DNA of 64,000 nt from Callorhinchus milii. Lineage: Eukaryota. Location: positions 49,912,001-49,976,000 of the forward strand of contig NW_024704742.1 in NCBI RefSeq assembly GCF_018977255.1, read 5' to 3'. The notes below the pieces were generated by a model, which was given only the letters and a program-made list of their open reading frames with translations, searched no databases and was not told where the DNA came from. The translations under genes and the position numbers were made by a program. Below, piece by piece: positions 63,646 through 64,000 of this stretch; the first letter of the stretch is position 1; every line of letters starts with the position of its first letter.

Positions 63646-64000
63646 AAGGTGATGGGTTTCTTCATGTCTCACACACTTATAACCAAAATAAAATCCTTCC
63701 TGCAACCAAACTTTCTTTGTCTGTCTGAATGAATCAGTGTTCCAGAGAGAAAGTGTTGTTCTTGAAATAAATTTTACAGCAAAGTAGAAATAAAACATTA
63801 TTTTTAATGTTTTAATATTTCTAATATGAATCACTATAAGATTGGATCAATGCTAAAATTTGTAATGTGATCATATTCCTGACTGAAACTTCAGGGAACT
63901 GAATACATTATTTAGAATGATAATTAGATAACCCCTGGTGTTGGTTAAAATGAGATTCACATAGTGTAAGATGAATGACAAATGATGATTGAAAATCTGC

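Overview
Non-coding, AT-rich vertebrate DNA densely filled with transposable elements. The repeat set (Deu-domain SINEs, a younger tRNA-headed SINE with the same L2-type 3' tail, L2 and CR1 LINE fragments, Penelope-like terminal repeats) points to a cartilaginous fish, probably a holocephalan such as elephant shark. That assignment comes from recalled repeat sequences, not from a search. No host protein-coding gene can be named: almost all listed ORFs are L2/CR1/SINE sequence or chance ORFs, and only two weak exon candidates are offered. Main observations: (i) a SINE split by a co-oriented ~2.1 kb L2 segment that has neither terminus, suggesting a template-switch chimera; (ii) a decayed R4/Dong-type RLE retrotransposon inserted in the (TAA)n tail of a DeuSINE; (iii) two Penelope-like fragments with hammerhead-ribozyme cores damaged at different positions; (iv) a 140-bp inverted duplication of a SINE/unique/L2 junction; (v) an unclassified old dispersed repeat with about 7 copies; (vi) repeated insertion of retroelements into each other's microsatellite tails. 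I see no convincing new multi-gene system. Boundaries of old elements are approximate (about +/-20 bp).
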